A DNA stretch of 35,435 bases from an uncultured bacterium (GCA_964534375.1 CAZHPN010000048.1:1-35435), one strand, 5' to 3'; shown: positions 24,817 to 33,334, counted from the first letter of the stretch. Notes: generated from the letters alone by a model not told the origin. Numbers and translations are program-made.

Positions 24817-26111
24817 TGCCCGCCCAGCGCCGCTTTCAGGGCGGCCGCGGCGGCGGCGGTGTCGCCCGCCGCTTGGGCCGCGCCGAGGCGGACATCGTTG
24901 TCGGCGCGTTCCGCGGACAGCAGATCCAACAGCGAGGCATTGCCCTTCTCGTAGGCATAGGCGACCGCCTGCCGGACCTGCGCCGAGCGTTGGCGGATCG
25001 AATCGCGATACGCCCGCCAGCGCAATTTGGCGGCGCGATACGCCACGCGCGCGGTCAGCACGTCGGCGGCGATTTGCGCTTGCGTCTTCTCGACCGCGAG
25101 CCGCGCCTGATCGCGGGCCGCGGCCGCCGTGCGCACGCCGCCGAGGTTGAAATTCCAGAACGGCAGCGGCAGGCTCAATTGAAAGCCGACCGTATTCGGT
25201 TGATCGGGCGGCTGGCGTTCGTACTGGGCGCCCACCGTCAGATCGGGAATCGCGGTCGCTTTTTGCAGCCGGACATCCGCTTCGGCCTTCCGTTGCGCGG
25301 TCTGGGCCGCGACAAGGTCGGGCCGCGGCGCGGTCGGTTCCTGCGCCTCGCCCGCGTCGGCCTCCGCGAGGGCGTCGAGCGTCTCGGCGGCGCGCCACTG
25401 ACCGGTCGGTTGGGCGGCGCCCAGCAGCGTCTCCAACGCGATCCGCGCCGCAACGGCGGCCGCCTCGGCGTCGTCGGCGTCGAGTTCGAAGCGTTCCGCC
25501 GCGATTTCGATCTGCGCTTTGTCGGTGACGGAAATATCCCCGGCGCGCAGCCGCACGGCGGCGATCTCGGCCTCCTGCCGCAAGGTCGCGGCCGACTCGT
25601 TCAAGATCTTGACGTTCTCCTCGGCCTGCACCGCCGCGACAAAAGCTTTGGCGACGTTCAGATTGAGCTGGCGTTTGGCGTCGAGAAATCGCGCGCGGGC
25701 GCTTTGCAGCCCGGCGGCGGCGGAATCCTGCCGGTGGCCGCGCTTGCCCAATTCGAACAGCTGGCTCAGCCCGGCGATCGAATCGTAGCTGCGGTCGAAA
25801 TACGCGCCGCCCAGCGCGGTCCGGCTCGTGCGATCGACGTTGATCAGATTTTCCGCCAGATTCAGCGTCGGATTCGGAAATTCATGGGCCGTTTCGTCGA
25901 CGCCTTTCGCCGCGTCCACGTCGCCGCCGGCGGTCAGCAGATCCCAATTGTTCTGCAAGGCCAGGCGTTGCGCCTCGGCCAGCGACAGCGTCGCCGGCGT
26001 CGCGACCGCGTTTTCCGCGCCCAAGGCGGCCGGAACCAGCGCGCCGAACAGCGCCGCGCAAACAACGGGCAGGACCAACGCCAGCGCGTGCCCGCGACCC
26101 ATCTCCCGCAT
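24813..26111 (-). CDS. TolC/CzcC-family outer-membrane efflux protein
   Basis: Signal peptide; PNPTL, QLFELGKRG, RPDL, LSLPLPFWNFNLG and YEKGNASLLDLL motifs. ATG 26111 has an AAGGAG RBS. Confidence 0.93.
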   Translation of the reverse strand: MREMGRGHALALVLPVVCAALFGALVPAALGAENAVATPATLSLAEAQRLALQNNWDLLTAGGDVDAAKGVDETAHEFPNPTLNLAENLINVDRTSRTALGGAYFDRSYDSIAGLSQLFELGKRGHRQDSAAAGLQSARARFLDAKRQLNLNVAKAFVAAVQAEENVKILNESAATLRQEAEIAAVRLRAGDISVTDKAQIEIAAERFELDADDAEAAAVAARIALETLLGAAQPTGQWRAAETLDALAEADAGEAQEPTAPRPDLVAAQTAQRKAEADVRLQKATAIPDLTVGAQYERQPPDQPNTVGFQLSLPLPFWNFNLGGVRTAAAARDQARLAVEKTQAQIAADVLTARVAYRAAKLRWRAYRDSIRQRSAQVRQAVAYAYEKGNASLLDLLSAERADNDVRLGAAQAAGDTAAAAAALKAALGGQ

Positions 26112-26307
26112 CGGCAACTCCTTTTCGCCATCCGGTCTGCCGCGACGCCGACGGCCAATAACCCTCAGTCTTTGAAGATTCGCGCGCCCCCAGCGCTTGC
26201 GGGCGCGCCTCGCGTTGGTGGCGAGACGGGCAGGCCCCACGACGTCGCACCGCATAAGTCTAGGAGATGGCGCCTTAAGCGTATGTCAGGCGTCGCCGAG
26301 TTTTTCT

Positions 26308-26324
26308 GTAAGGCGCGGCCTTAC
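26308..26324. promoter_or_regulatory. Candidate response-regulator operator upstream of the efflux operon
   Basis: Perfect inverted repeat GTAAGG-N5-CCTTAC between the NarL-type regulator stop and the czcC-like gene. Confidence 0.4.
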
Positions 26325-26347
26325 GCGACGTCGCCCGACGCGGCGCG

Positions 26348-27001
26348 TCAGGCGCGGTTGTCGTGCCAGCGAATAGCCTCGCGCAGCAGTTCGCGCTCGG
26401 TGTTGACGTTCAATTTTTCTTTGATGCGCGCGTAGAACGCTTGCACGGTTTTCACGCTCACGTGGAGCGATGCGGCAATTTCGCGCGTCTCTTTGCCCTG
26501 GCCCAAGAGTTCAAAGACTTCCAATTCGCGGTCGCTGAGCGAGGCGACGGGCGTTGCGCCCGGCGGCGGGCCCTCGACCAGTTTCTCGGCCATCGCGGCC
26601 GCGACGCGCTCGCTCATGAACCGCCGGCCGTTGACGACGCAGCGTATCGCCTCGACAACTTTCGTGGTGGACTCGCGCTTCATCACGTAGCCCCGCGCGC
26701 CGGCGCGAAAGACCCGTTCGGCATAGAGCAATTCGTCGTGCATCGACAGCACGACGACGGCGACTTCCGGGCACGACTGCTTGAGATCCTTGACCAACTC
26801 CAAGCCGGAGCCGGTTTTCAACGTGATGTCGACGATGGCCACCTGCGGTTTGACGGCGGAAATCGCCTGCAGCGCTTGCGGCGCGCCGTCGGCCTCGCCG
26901 CAGACGACCAGATCCGGCTGCTGGTTGATCATGTTGGTGAGCCACTCGCGCACCAACGGATGGTCGTCGACCAAGAAGACTCGCGTTTTCTGCTCCGTCA
27001 T
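26348..27001 (-). CDS. NarL/FixJ-family response regulator (REC + LuxR HTH)
   Basis: LVDDHPLVR, IVDITL, LSMH, GARGYVMK and LSDRELEVFELLGQG motifs. ATGA-coupled to the kinase stop. Confidence 0.95.
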   Translation of the reverse strand: MTEQKTRVFLVDDHPLVREWLTNMINQQPDLVVCGEADGAPQALQAISAVKPQVAIVDITLKTGSGLELVKDLKQSCPEVAVVVLSMHDELLYAERVFRAGARGYVMKRESTTKVVEAIRCVVNGRRFMSERVAAAMAEKLVEGPPPGATPVASLSDRELEVFELLGQGKETREIAASLHVSVKTVQAFYARIKEKLNVNTERELLREAIRWHDNRA

Positions 27002-28029
27002 GACTGACCCGGCAAGGTGCAGGCGACGCGGACGCCGCCGTCGGCGCTTCGCTGCACGGCGCACGCGGCGCCGATGATCGCGGCCCGATGGCGCATGATC
27101 CGCAGCCCCATGCCATTGCTTTTCGGCAACGGTTCGGGCAACCCCACCCCGTTGTCGTCCACCGACAACGTAATGGCGCGGCCGCCGCGCAGCAGCCGAA
27201 TGACGATGCGCGAGGCCTTCGCGTGCTTGACCGCGTTGTTCGCCGCCTCCTGCGCAATCCGGTACAGGTGCATCGCGGTCGCGGAATCCTGGATGGAGAC
27301 GGGGGCTTCGTGGACGAAATCGCAACGAATCCCCGATCGTTCTTCGACGCCCGCCGCCAACTCGCGCAGCGAATCCATCAAACCGTCGCCGGTCATGTCG
27401 ATGGGCGACAGGCCGAAAACCAGCGTGCGGTTGAGTTCCATGCCCTGCTCGACGAGCTGCACGATGCTGCCTGCGTCGGCGGCTTCCGGCAGCGATTTCG
27501 CCGCGAGCTTCTCTTTCAACACCTGGCCGGCCATCGCCGTAGCCGTGAGGTGCTGGCCCAAAACGTCGTGGAAGTCGTTGCGGATTCGTTGGCGCTCGCG
27601 TTCGCCGACGTCCAGAATTTCCCGTTCCAGACGTTCTCGTTCGGCCATTTCCTCGGACAGGGCGATCGTGCGCTGGCGCACGCGCTGCTCGAGTTCTTCA
27701 TGGAGCGAACGCAAGCTCGCCAGCAGCCAGACCGACGTGAGGTAAAACGCGAGGGTGATCGCCGCGTTCCAGGCCGGCACGAACGGCTTCACGTAATGCG
27801 CGCCGGCCGCGAGGTCGCCGGCGAGCGACGTCGCCACGCTCAGCAGCGAAATGATCACGCCGAAACGCGTGCTGACGAACCAGACCGCCAGCGCGATCGC
27901 CAGCAAGTAGAAGACCGAAAAGGAAATCTCGAAACCGGTCAGATAATCGACGACGCCGACCGCCAGCACGATCGCCAGCGCCGTCGTGCGAAAAAACCAC
28001 CATGGACTTTGTTTCGAACCCTCGATCAA
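26998..28029 (-). CDS. HisKA_3 (NarX-like) sensor histidine kinase with ~4-TM intramembrane input domain
   Basis: ERQRIRNDFHDVLGQ H-box, YRIAQEAANNAVKHA, DDNGVG and GMGL motifs. TTG 28029 has an AGGAG RBS; the longer track ORF runs through a repeat element. Confidence 0.9.
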   Translation of the reverse strand: MIEGSKQSPWWFFRTTALAIVLAVGVVDYLTGFEISFSVFYLLAIALAVWFVSTRFGVIISLLSVATSLAGDLAAGAHYVKPFVPAWNAAITLAFYLTSVWLLASLRSLHEELEQRVRQRTIALSEEMAERERLEREILDVGERERQRIRNDFHDVLGQHLTATAMAGQVLKEKLAAKSLPEAADAGSIVQLVEQGMELNRTLVFGLSPIDMTGDGLMDSLRELAAGVEERSGIRCDFVHEAPVSIQDSATAMHLYRIAQEAANNAVKHAKASRIVIRLLRGGRAITLSVDDNGVGLPEPLPKSNGMGLRIMRHRAAIIGAACAVQRSADGGVRVACTLPGQS

Positions 28030-28084
28030 CGGAGCAACTCCTGTGTGAGGGAATCTAACGTGAGCGCGGGCCTGGGTGCAACTC

Positions 28085-28272
28085 GGAGGGAAGGAAAAAG
28101 GAAAAAGGAAAAAGGAAAAATTGTGCCGGGGACGCTCGCGGGGTCTCCGAGACGGCACCCAAAAAGCGGAGCGTTTTGGATCGAAGCGGGAAACCGTCGC
28201 GGTGAGAAGTCCAATGGTCCCCTGCGGAGTTCGGATTTTTTCCTTTTTCCTTTTTCCTTTTTCCTTCCCTCC
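28085..28272. mobile_element. MITE-like element with perfect 36-bp inverted arms built of (GGAAAAA)4
   Basis: 28085-28120 (GGAGGGAA(GGAAAAA)4) is the exact reverse complement of 28237-28272. It sits in the divergent kinase/mntH gap. Confidence 0.6.
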
Positions 28273-28339
28273 CGCCGTTGCTCTGCCCGTGAAGAATGTT
28301 AAGTTTAGATAACAAGTATTTACGGTGAGACAGGCGATT

Positions 28340-30262
28340 ATGTTCGAATCCGATAAGGCGGCCGGTCGGCCCTCGTTTTCCGAAGCGCACAATTCGGTGA
28401 CGATTCCGCCGCAGCAAACCGGCATCCTGCGGCGCTTATTCGCCATTTCCGGGCCGGCGTTTCTGGTCGCCGTCGGGTACATGGACCCGGGCAACTGGGC
28501 GACCGACCTCGCGGCGGGTTCGAGCTTCAACTACACGCTGCTGTGGGTGCTGCTGCTGTCGAACCTGATGGCGATCCTGCTGCAAAGTCTCGCCTTCCGG
28601 CTGGGGATCGTCCGCGGCGTCGATCTCGCGCAGGCCTGCCGGCTCGAATATCCGCGCTGGGCGCTCGCGCCGCTCTATGGGCTTTGCGAAATCGCCATTG
28701 CCGCCTGCGACCTGGCGGAGGTCATCGGCTCGGCGATCGCGCTGCAATTGCTCTTCGGCTTGCCGTTGCTGGTGGGCGTGCTGCTCACGGCGCTCGACAC
28801 GTTTGCACTGCTCTTCCTGACCAGCCTCGGCATCCGCAAAATCGAGGCCGTGACGCTGGCGCTGATCTTCGTGGTCGCCGTCGGCGTCGTGATCCAGGTG
28901 TTTCTCGGACATCCGGATTGGGGCGGCGTGGCGCGCGGCTTCCTGCCGGCGTTGCCCAACGCGAAGGCGCTGTACGTTTCGATCGGCATCATCGGGGCGA
29001 CGGTCATGCCGCACAACCTGTATCTGCACTCGTCGCTGGTGCAGACGCGGCGCATCGGCCCGACCGCGGCCGACAAGCGCCAGGCGATTCGCTTCAACAC
29101 AACCGACTCGACGATCGCTTTGAACGCCGCGTTTTTCGTCAACGCCGGGCTGCTGGTGATGGCCGCCGCGATTTTCTACCGCTCCGGCCACACCGACGTG
29201 GCCGAAATTCAGGACGCGTACAAACTGCTGACGCCGCTGCTGGGCGCGGCGGTCGCGCCGATCGCTTTCGCCATTGCGCTGCTCGCCTCGGGGCAGAGTT
29301 CGACGATCACCGGCACGCTCGCGGGGCAGATCGTGATGGAAGGCTTCCTCAATTTTCGCCTGCCGCCGTGGGTGCGGCGCATGATCACGCGGCTGGCGGC
29401 GATCATCCCCGCGGTGTTGACGATCGTTTTCGTCGGCGAACACGGCACCGGCGATCTGCTGATTTTGTCGCAGGTGGTGCTCTCGTTGCAGTTGCCGTTC
29501 GCCGTGATTCCGCTCGTGCATTTTGTCTCCGACCGCAAGACAATGGGCGAGTTCGCCGTGCGGCCGTGGCTGAAAGCGCTGTCCTGGCTGACCGCCGTGG
29601 TCATCCTCGGCTTGAATGCGAAGCTCGTCGCGGACACCGTAGGCGATTGGTCCGCGAGCGCGCACGGCGGCGTGGTGCTCGCCGTGGCGCTGCCGGTCGT
29701 CGGCGTTCTCGGCCTGTTCATGGTGTACATCGCGCTGAGGCCGCTGCTCGAAAAGATCCTGCTGGGCCGGCGCGAGGCCGGCGTCGGCATCCACCGCCCG
29801 GCGGACGATCTCGCCGGCGCGCTGGCGAAAGACGCGGCGCCTGCGCCGTACCGCAAGGTCGCCGTGGCGCTCGATTTCTCCGGCCACGACGCGCAAGTGC
29901 TGACCGAGACCTTGCGCCTCCTGGGCGAGCAGCGCCCCGCGCTGGCGCTGATGCACGTCGTCGAAAGCGCCGCAGCGCGCGTCATGGGCGGCGACGCGGG
30001 CGATCTGGAAAGCGCGCGCGATCCGCAGCGACTGGAAGACTACGCCAAAACCCTGCGCCAAGCCGGCTTCGCCGTCGCGGTCTTCGTCGGCTACGGCAAA
30101 CCCGTGCCCGAACTGGCGCGCCTGATCAACGACTGGGGCGCCGACCTCGTGGTGCTCGCCGCCCACGGCCATCGCGGCTTCGCCGATCTGTTCTTCGGCT
30201 CGACCGCCAACAAATTGCGCCATCGGATTCGGGCGTCGATGTTTGTGGTCGGGAAAAAATAG
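28340..30262 (+). CDS. mntH: Nramp divalent metal transporter MntH fused to a C-terminal universal stress protein (USP) domain
   Basis: YMDPGN, GATVMPHNLYLHS, SGQSSTITGT and LSQVVLSLQLPFA motifs. USP domain: VAVALDFS...ADLVVLAAHGHRGFADLFFGST. Confidence 0.95.
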   Translation: MFESDKAAGRPSFSEAHNSVTIPPQQTGILRRLFAISGPAFLVAVGYMDPGNWATDLAAGSSFNYTLLWVLLLSNLMAILLQSLAFRLGIVRGVDLAQACRLEYPRWALAPLYGLCEIAIAACDLAEVIGSAIALQLLFGLPLLVGVLLTALDTFALLFLTSLGIRKIEAVTLALIFVVAVGVVIQVFLGHPDWGGVARGFLPALPNAKALYVSIGIIGATVMPHNLYLHSSLVQTRRIGPTAADKRQAIRFNTTDSTIALNAAFFVNAGLLVMAAAIFYRSGHTDVAEIQDAYKLLTPLLGAAVAPIAFAIALLASGQSSTITGTLAGQIVMEGFLNFRLPPWVRRMITRLAAIIPAVLTIVFVGEHGTGDLLILSQVVLSLQLPFAVIPLVHFVSDRKTMGEFAVRPWLKALSWLTAVVILGLNAKLVADTVGDWSASAHGGVVLAVALPVVGVLGLFMVYIALRPLLEKILLGRREAGVGIHRPADDLAGALAKDAAPAPYRKVAVALDFSGHDAQVLTETLRLLGEQRPALALMHVVESAAARVMGGDAGDLESARDPQRLEDYAKTLRQAGFAVAVFVGYGKPVPELARLINDWGADLVVLAAHGHRGFADLFFGSTANKLRHRIRASMFVVGKK

Positions 30263-30291
30263 GCTGGCTGGGGGAGCGCCAACGGCGCGAG

Positions 30292-30351
30292 GCGTTCCTG
30301 GGGCGTTGGCCCGTTTGATTTCACATGATCGCGTTCCTGGGGCGTTGGCCC
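30292..30351 (+). repeat. 21-nt perfect direct repeat, 39-nt period
   Basis: GCGTTCCTGGGGCGTTGGCCC at 30292-30312 and 30331-30351, each followed shortly by ACATGA. Confidence 0.8.
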
Positions 30352-30393
30352 TCCGACATGACCGCCGCCTCGGGGTCCCCCGCCTCTTCAGAT

Positions 30394-30417
30394 CCCAGTC
30401 TCCCAGCCTCTCAGTCT
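30394..30417 (+). repeat. Octamer array
   Basis: CCCAGTCT CCCAGCCT CTCAGTCT, just upstream of a possible TTGCCT-N17-CATCAT promoter (30435-30463). Confidence 0.6.
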
Positions 30418-30493
30418 CCGGGCCTTCCCGCAATTTGCCTTTTCCGATCTCCTGCCGCATCATCCGCTCACCTTTTTCGCAGGCGGAGGCAAG

Positions 30494-32032
30494 ATGTTGC
30501 GTCAGCGGTTCGTATCCGTCGCCGTGCTGTTCGCCGTGGCGCTCGTCGCGGCCGTCGCGTTCGGCGACGGCGGCATCGCCCAGATGCCGGGTTGGCCGAA
30601 GACGGTCGCCGGCAACGCTACGTTCTCGAACATGGGCGGGCTGACGCTGGCGAACGTCGACGGCGGACCGGGCCTCAACGTCGTCGTCGCGACGACCGGC
30701 GGCGCGTTGTACGTCTGGCGCTACGACGGCACGGAAGTGTTCACGCAGCCGCTCGGCGGCCCGGCGCAGAGCCCGCCCGCGGTCGGCGATGTCAACGGCG
30801 ACGGCAAGCCCGAGATCGTCGTCACGACCCGTTCGGACACGGACGCCGCGGGGGCGCCGATGGTTTACATTTTTTCCGGCGCGGGCGACCTGCTGAAGAG
30901 CGCCTCGATGTCGCACGGCGGCAGCATGTCGGAAGCGCCGACCCTCGCCGACCTCAACAACGACGGCAAGGACGAAATCATCATCGGCGAAGAGGGGAAT
31001 CAAACCGGCTGGCTGTGGGCGCTCGACGGCAATCTGAACCCGCTGCCCGGCTGGCCGGTCCAACTCGACAGCGTGCCGGCGACCAGCGCGGCGGTTGGCG
31101 ACATCAACCACGACGGCGAGCCGGAAATCGTCGTTTGTTCTTACCTGAGCGTCTATGCGTTCCATGTCGACGGCACGCTGCTGAGCGGCTTCCCCGTCGC
31201 TTTTTCCGGCGAAGATTACAGCTACGGTTCGCCCGCGCTCGCCGATTTGGCCGGCAACGGGAAACTCGAAATTATCACGGTCACCTCGGGCGATCACCCG
31301 CATGTGCACGCGATCCGCGACGACGGAACCGAACTGCCCGGCTGGCCCTACGATATCGGGCCCGACTGGTCGTATGCGCCGCCGTCGGTCGGCGATTTGG
31401 CGGGCGACGGCAACCTGGAAGTCGTCGTCGGCAGCTCGGGCGGCGACCTTTATGCGATCACCGCCGCCGGCAAGAATTTCGGCAATTTCCCGCTCGCGAA
31501 CTCGGCCAGCACCGAGGGCAACCTCGTGCTCGCCGACCTCATCGGCAACAAGACCCTGGACATTATCTACACCAGCAACGTGACCGACGCCTCCGGGAAC
31601 GGCTATCTGCTGGCCGTCGACGCCAACGCCAACCCGCTGCCGGAGTGGCCGTTGCGGCCGGCCGGCTTCACCTACATGAACGGCGCGACGCTCGGCGACG
31701 TCGACGGCGACGGCCTGCCCGAATTCGGCGGCCTTTCCGTGGCCGAGGACGGGACGATCTCGGTCAATTTGTATAAAGATCCCGATTACGTCTTCGGCCC
31801 CGGCGGCGTCCATTGGCGGACGTACCAGGCCGACAACGGCCACACCGGCGTCTACGCGCCGACGTTTCCGGCCGACGACGACGATGACGATGATAACGAC
31901 GACAGCACCGATGACGACGACAACGATGACAACGCCGACGACGACAATGACGACAATGACGACAATGACGACAACGACGCGTCGCCGTCCGGCGGCGGCG
32001 GCAGCCACACGAAGAGCGGCTGCGGCTGCTGA
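30494..32032 (+). CDS. Secreted FG-GAP/VCBS beta-propeller protein with Asp-rich linker and C-terminal GCGC
   Basis: Signal peptide and about seven DxxxDGxxE/D repeats (GDVNGDGKPEIV, ADLNNDGKDEI, GDINHDGEPEI...) with PGWP spacers. Tail is D/N-rich and ends KSGCGC. Confidence 0.88.
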   Translation: MLRQRFVSVAVLFAVALVAAVAFGDGGIAQMPGWPKTVAGNATFSNMGGLTLANVDGGPGLNVVVATTGGALYVWRYDGTEVFTQPLGGPAQSPPAVGDVNGDGKPEIVVTTRSDTDAAGAPMVYIFSGAGDLLKSASMSHGGSMSEAPTLADLNNDGKDEIIIGEEGNQTGWLWALDGNLNPLPGWPVQLDSVPATSAAVGDINHDGEPEIVVCSYLSVYAFHVDGTLLSGFPVAFSGEDYSYGSPALADLAGNGKLEIITVTSGDHPHVHAIRDDGTELPGWPYDIGPDWSYAPPSVGDLAGDGNLEVVVGSSGGDLYAITAAGKNFGNFPLANSASTEGNLVLADLIGNKTLDIIYTSNVTDASGNGYLLAVDANANPLPEWPLRPAGFTYMNGATLGDVDGDGLPEFGGLSVAEDGTISVNLYKDPDYVFGPGGVHWRTYQADNGHTGVYAPTFPADDDDDDDNDDSTDDDDNDDNADDDNDDNDDNDDNDASPSGGGGSHTKSGCGC

Positions 32033-32102
32033 CGCCGCGTCTTTTCAGGGGAAATGTGTCCGGCCGGGGTGTAGATGCTTGCCATCGCCCCCGTGTGCGG
32101 CA

Positions 32103-32127
32103 GGGCGAGCGCAAAGTTCGCCCCTAC
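32103..32127 (-). repeat. GTAG-type REP hairpin between convergent genes
   Basis: Minus strand GTAG-GGGCGAAC-TTTGC-GCTCGCCC, with a degenerate partner around 32072-32091. Confidence 0.6.
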
Positions 32128-32138
32128 GGGAATTATGT

Positions 32139-32816
32139 CTACCGCCCGCGGGCGTCGGGCCCCCACAAAGCTTTGTGCAGTTGCAGTTGCAGACGGAAAC
32201 CGACCGGCGCGGCGATCACCCATTCCGCCAGCGTCGTGGGTTCGAGCCGGCCGTGCACCGGCGAGACCAGCAGGGGGCAGCGGCCTTCGAGGCGATGCGC
32301 GCGGACGAACGCGACGGCGAAATCGAAATCGGCGCGGTCGGCTACGACGAATTTCAATTCGTCGATCGGCCGCAGGGCGCGCAGGTTGTCCAAGAGAAAC
32401 GGTTCGGCGACCTTGGCCGACGGCGGCTTGACGTCGATGATGCGCACGGCGCGCTCGTCGAGGCCGCCCACGGGGAGGACGCCGTTGGTTTCGACGAGCA
32501 CCGTCGCGCCCTGATCGGCGAGGCCGGCGATCAGCGCCGGCGCGGCGGCCTGGTGCAGCGGTTCGCCGCCGGTGACGATCGCCAGACCCTGCCCCGCCTC
32601 GCGCGATTCGGCGAGCAGATCGCCGACGGTCCGTTCGTCGCCGCCGTCCCACGCGTAGGGCGTGTCGCACCAATCGCAGCGCAGGTTGCAGCGGCTCAGG
32701 CGGACAAACCACGCCGGCAGTCCCTGGCGCGTGGTTTCGCCGCAAACGCTGACGAACGTCTCGCAGATCAGCAGCGTGCTAGAACTGGACGAGACTGTAG
32801 ATTGGCCAGCCGGCAA
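32139..32816 (-). CDS. queE: 7-carboxy-7-deazaguanine synthase QueE-like radical SAM protein (start uncertain)
   Basis: FVRLSRCNLRCDWCDT (CxxxCxxC), TGGEPL, VETNG, DVKPPS, ELKFVV and QLHKALW motifs. The TTG start lies inside apt. Confidence 0.85.
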   Translation of the reverse strand: MPAGQSTVSSSSSTLLICETFVSVCGETTRQGLPAWFVRLSRCNLRCDWCDTPYAWDGGDERTVGDLLAESREAGQGLAIVTGGEPLHQAAAPALIAGLADQGATVLVETNGVLPVGGLDERAVRIIDVKPPSAKVAEPFLLDNLRALRPIDELKFVVADRADFDFAVAFVRAHRLEGRCPLLVSPVHGRLEPTTLAEWVIAAPVGFRLQLQLHKALWGPDARGR

Positions 32817-33300
32817 GCTTTTCCCGCCCTTTCAAGAAGGTCAGTTCGATGACGAACGCGCACTCGACGACGACCGCGCCCAGGTCGCGCGCCAGGCCGG
32901 CGACGGCGCCCATCGTGCCGCCAGTGGCCAGCAGGTCGTCGACGATCACGACGCGATCGCCGGGCCGCAGCGCGTCTTCGTGAATTTCCAGGGTATCGGT
33001 TCCGTATTCGAGCGCGTAGCTAACCTTCCGCGTTTTCGCCGGCAGCTTGCCCGGCTTGCGGACGATCTGCATGCCGCAGCCGAGCGCACGGGCCAGCGCG
33101 CCGCCGAAAATGAAGCCGCGCGACTCGATCGCCAGCACCTTGTCGATTTTCTGCCCGCGATAGCGCGCGACGAGCGCATCCACGGTCGCGGCGAAGCCCG
33201 CCGGGTCGGCGATCAAGGTCGTGATGTCTTTGAAGACGATGCCTGGCTTGGGAAAGTCGGGCACGTCGCGGATCAGAGCGGCCAGTTGCTTGAGGTCCAT
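32779..33300 (-). CDS. apt: Adenine phosphoribosyltransferase
   Basis: DFPKPGIVFKDIT, ESRGF, RKPGKLP, YALEYG and VDDLLATGGT motifs. GGAGGA RBS. Confidence 0.98.
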   Translation of the reverse strand: MDLKQLAALIRDVPDFPKPGIVFKDITTLIADPAGFAATVDALVARYRGQKIDKVLAIESRGFIFGGALARALGCGMQIVRKPGKLPAKTRKVSYALEYGTDTLEIHEDALRPGDRVVIVDDLLATGGTMGAVAGLARDLGAVVVECAFVIELTFLKGREKLAGWPIYSLVQF

Positions 33301-33334
33301 GAGTCCTCCGCTCATATACGACTAATTAGAATTC

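Noticed and set aside
26120..26300. NiCo riboswitch upstream of czcC
   Set aside because: GC hairpins are present, but the conserved four-way-junction sequence was not recognised.
28030..28339. Mn riboswitch (yybP-ykoY) or M-box upstream of mntH, and the long N-terminal kinase extension
   Set aside because: No recognisable conserved riboswitch core by eye, and the region is occupied by the GGAAAAA element. An Rfam scan would be decisive.
30292..30351. Mini-CRISPR
   Set aside because: Two 21-nt copies with an 18-nt spacer, similar sequence after each copy, and no cas genes or leader.
28436..32008. 1190-aa minus-strand ORF (likewise 21140-23746, 10421-12367 and 24762-26435)
   Set aside because: Antisense shadows of well-supported genes.
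32139..32816. 7-deazaguanine DNA-modification (dpd) island
   Set aside because: No dpdA/tgtA5, queC, queD or folE nearby, and the context is housekeeping.
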